A DNA stretch of 64,000 nucleotides from positions 27,528,001-27,592,000 of the forward strand of contig JAGIQG010000018.1 in assembly GCA_024679065.1 (NCBI GenBank), read 5' to 3'. Position 1 is the first letter of the stretch; each line of letters begins with the position of its first letter. This stretch comes from Sphyrna mokarran (Eukaryota). A model generated the notes under the pieces. That model saw only the letters and a program-made list of their open reading frames with translations. It did no database searches and was not told the DNA's origin. This document shows positions 63,079-64,000 of this stretch, in pieces. The translations under genes and the position numbers were made by a program.

Positions 63079-63790
63079 TAAACAATCATTCTTTATGACA
63101 CCCCATATTGAAAGTTGTCCCCAAAACTCTCAAACAAAACTGCCTGCAAAAGATGATCAAGTGTTATGATAAATTTGTAGTCTGCACAAAAGGTGCATTT
63201 GCTGATAGATTGTATTTTTACTATGTGTTTAAATGATTGATTAATACTAGTCAGCAGTGAGCACAGCATTCCGCTGCAAACTTTTTTTTAACCAGTAGTT
63301 GTGCATTGATTAGAAGATTTTTCTACAATTGAGCTGCACCAGTTTGTGCCTTTCTGATGATTCCATCCATTTCCATCTCATCCAGTTCCGGCTTTAATTT
63401 GATTTGGATGTGATTACTGAAAATGTGTGGTAGGTTAATTGATGGAATTCATCCTCCATATGTCAGAATGTTACCGTTACTCCCGAAATCAGGGTGAGCG
63501 CACCTTACAGAATAAATTCCCTGTTGGCCTTGGATTGGATTTTACGAACCTCTTCCGATCGTAAAATACTGGCCATAATGTTGTTGCTCCCTGAAAAGTG
63601 GCAGTCTTGTCAAAACATCCTGCATGTTGTGATGTCAAGTTACAAACTGAAGTTTTCGGTGTAACTTTGAAAGTTGATCAGCTTTGTGGGTACCTTGTTG
63701 ATTCTATGGATGGTCACCAATCTGTGATCATGACATGCAGGTGATCTGTAATCACGGGGCCTTTCTACAATGTAGAATACTTGTTGAGAG

Positions 63791-64000
63791 ATCGCATGAC
63801 ACCAGGTGAGAGTCCAATAAGTTTATTTGAAACCACGAGCTTTCAGTTTCACCTGACAAAGGAGCAGTGCTCCAAAAGCTTCTGATTCCAAAAAAAAACC
63901 TGTTGGATTTTAGCCTGGTGTCATGTGACCCCTCATCTTGTCCACCCCAGTCTAACATCGGTATCTCCACATCATAGAATATCTGTGACATCCAGGATAG
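63791..64000 (+). mobile_element. Penelope fold-back mini-element with hammerhead motif, copy 2
   Basis: About 50-bp inverted left arm; cac-CTGACAA-aggagcagtgctcc-aAAAgct; same junction and 3' extension as copy 1. Confidence 0.8.

Overview
Repeat-dense vertebrate non-coding DNA, almost certainly from an elasmobranch (shark). The evidence is about 16 HE1-type tRNA-derived V-SINEs and many HER1/CR1-type LINE fragments. I found no intact host protein-coding gene, rRNA, true tRNA or CRISPR array; nearly every ORF in the track is a transposon fragment or noise. Contents: CR1 LINEs of several ages, a second CR1-group LINE with its partner SINE, a Rex1/Babar-like LINE nested in a CR1, a decayed Gypsy LTR element nested in a CR1 and itself hit by two CR1s, three decayed PIF/Harbinger elements, and Penelope-like (PLE) fragments. 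Most notable: (i) PLE terminal repeats carrying minimal type-I hammerhead ribozyme motifs, several as fold-back mini-elements whose inversion point sits at the ribozyme, one with a perfect 12-bp TSD and perfect 47-bp arms; (ii) a young CR1 whose long 3' UTR contains a head-less V-SINE central domain; (iii) a ~330-bp inverted duplication and several perfect hairpins; (iv) AT-rich repeat-free blocks resembling conserved enhancers, and one candidate minus-strand exon. Families were assigned by eye from recalled consensus features, not by database search. Boundaries are approximate unless a TSD is given.
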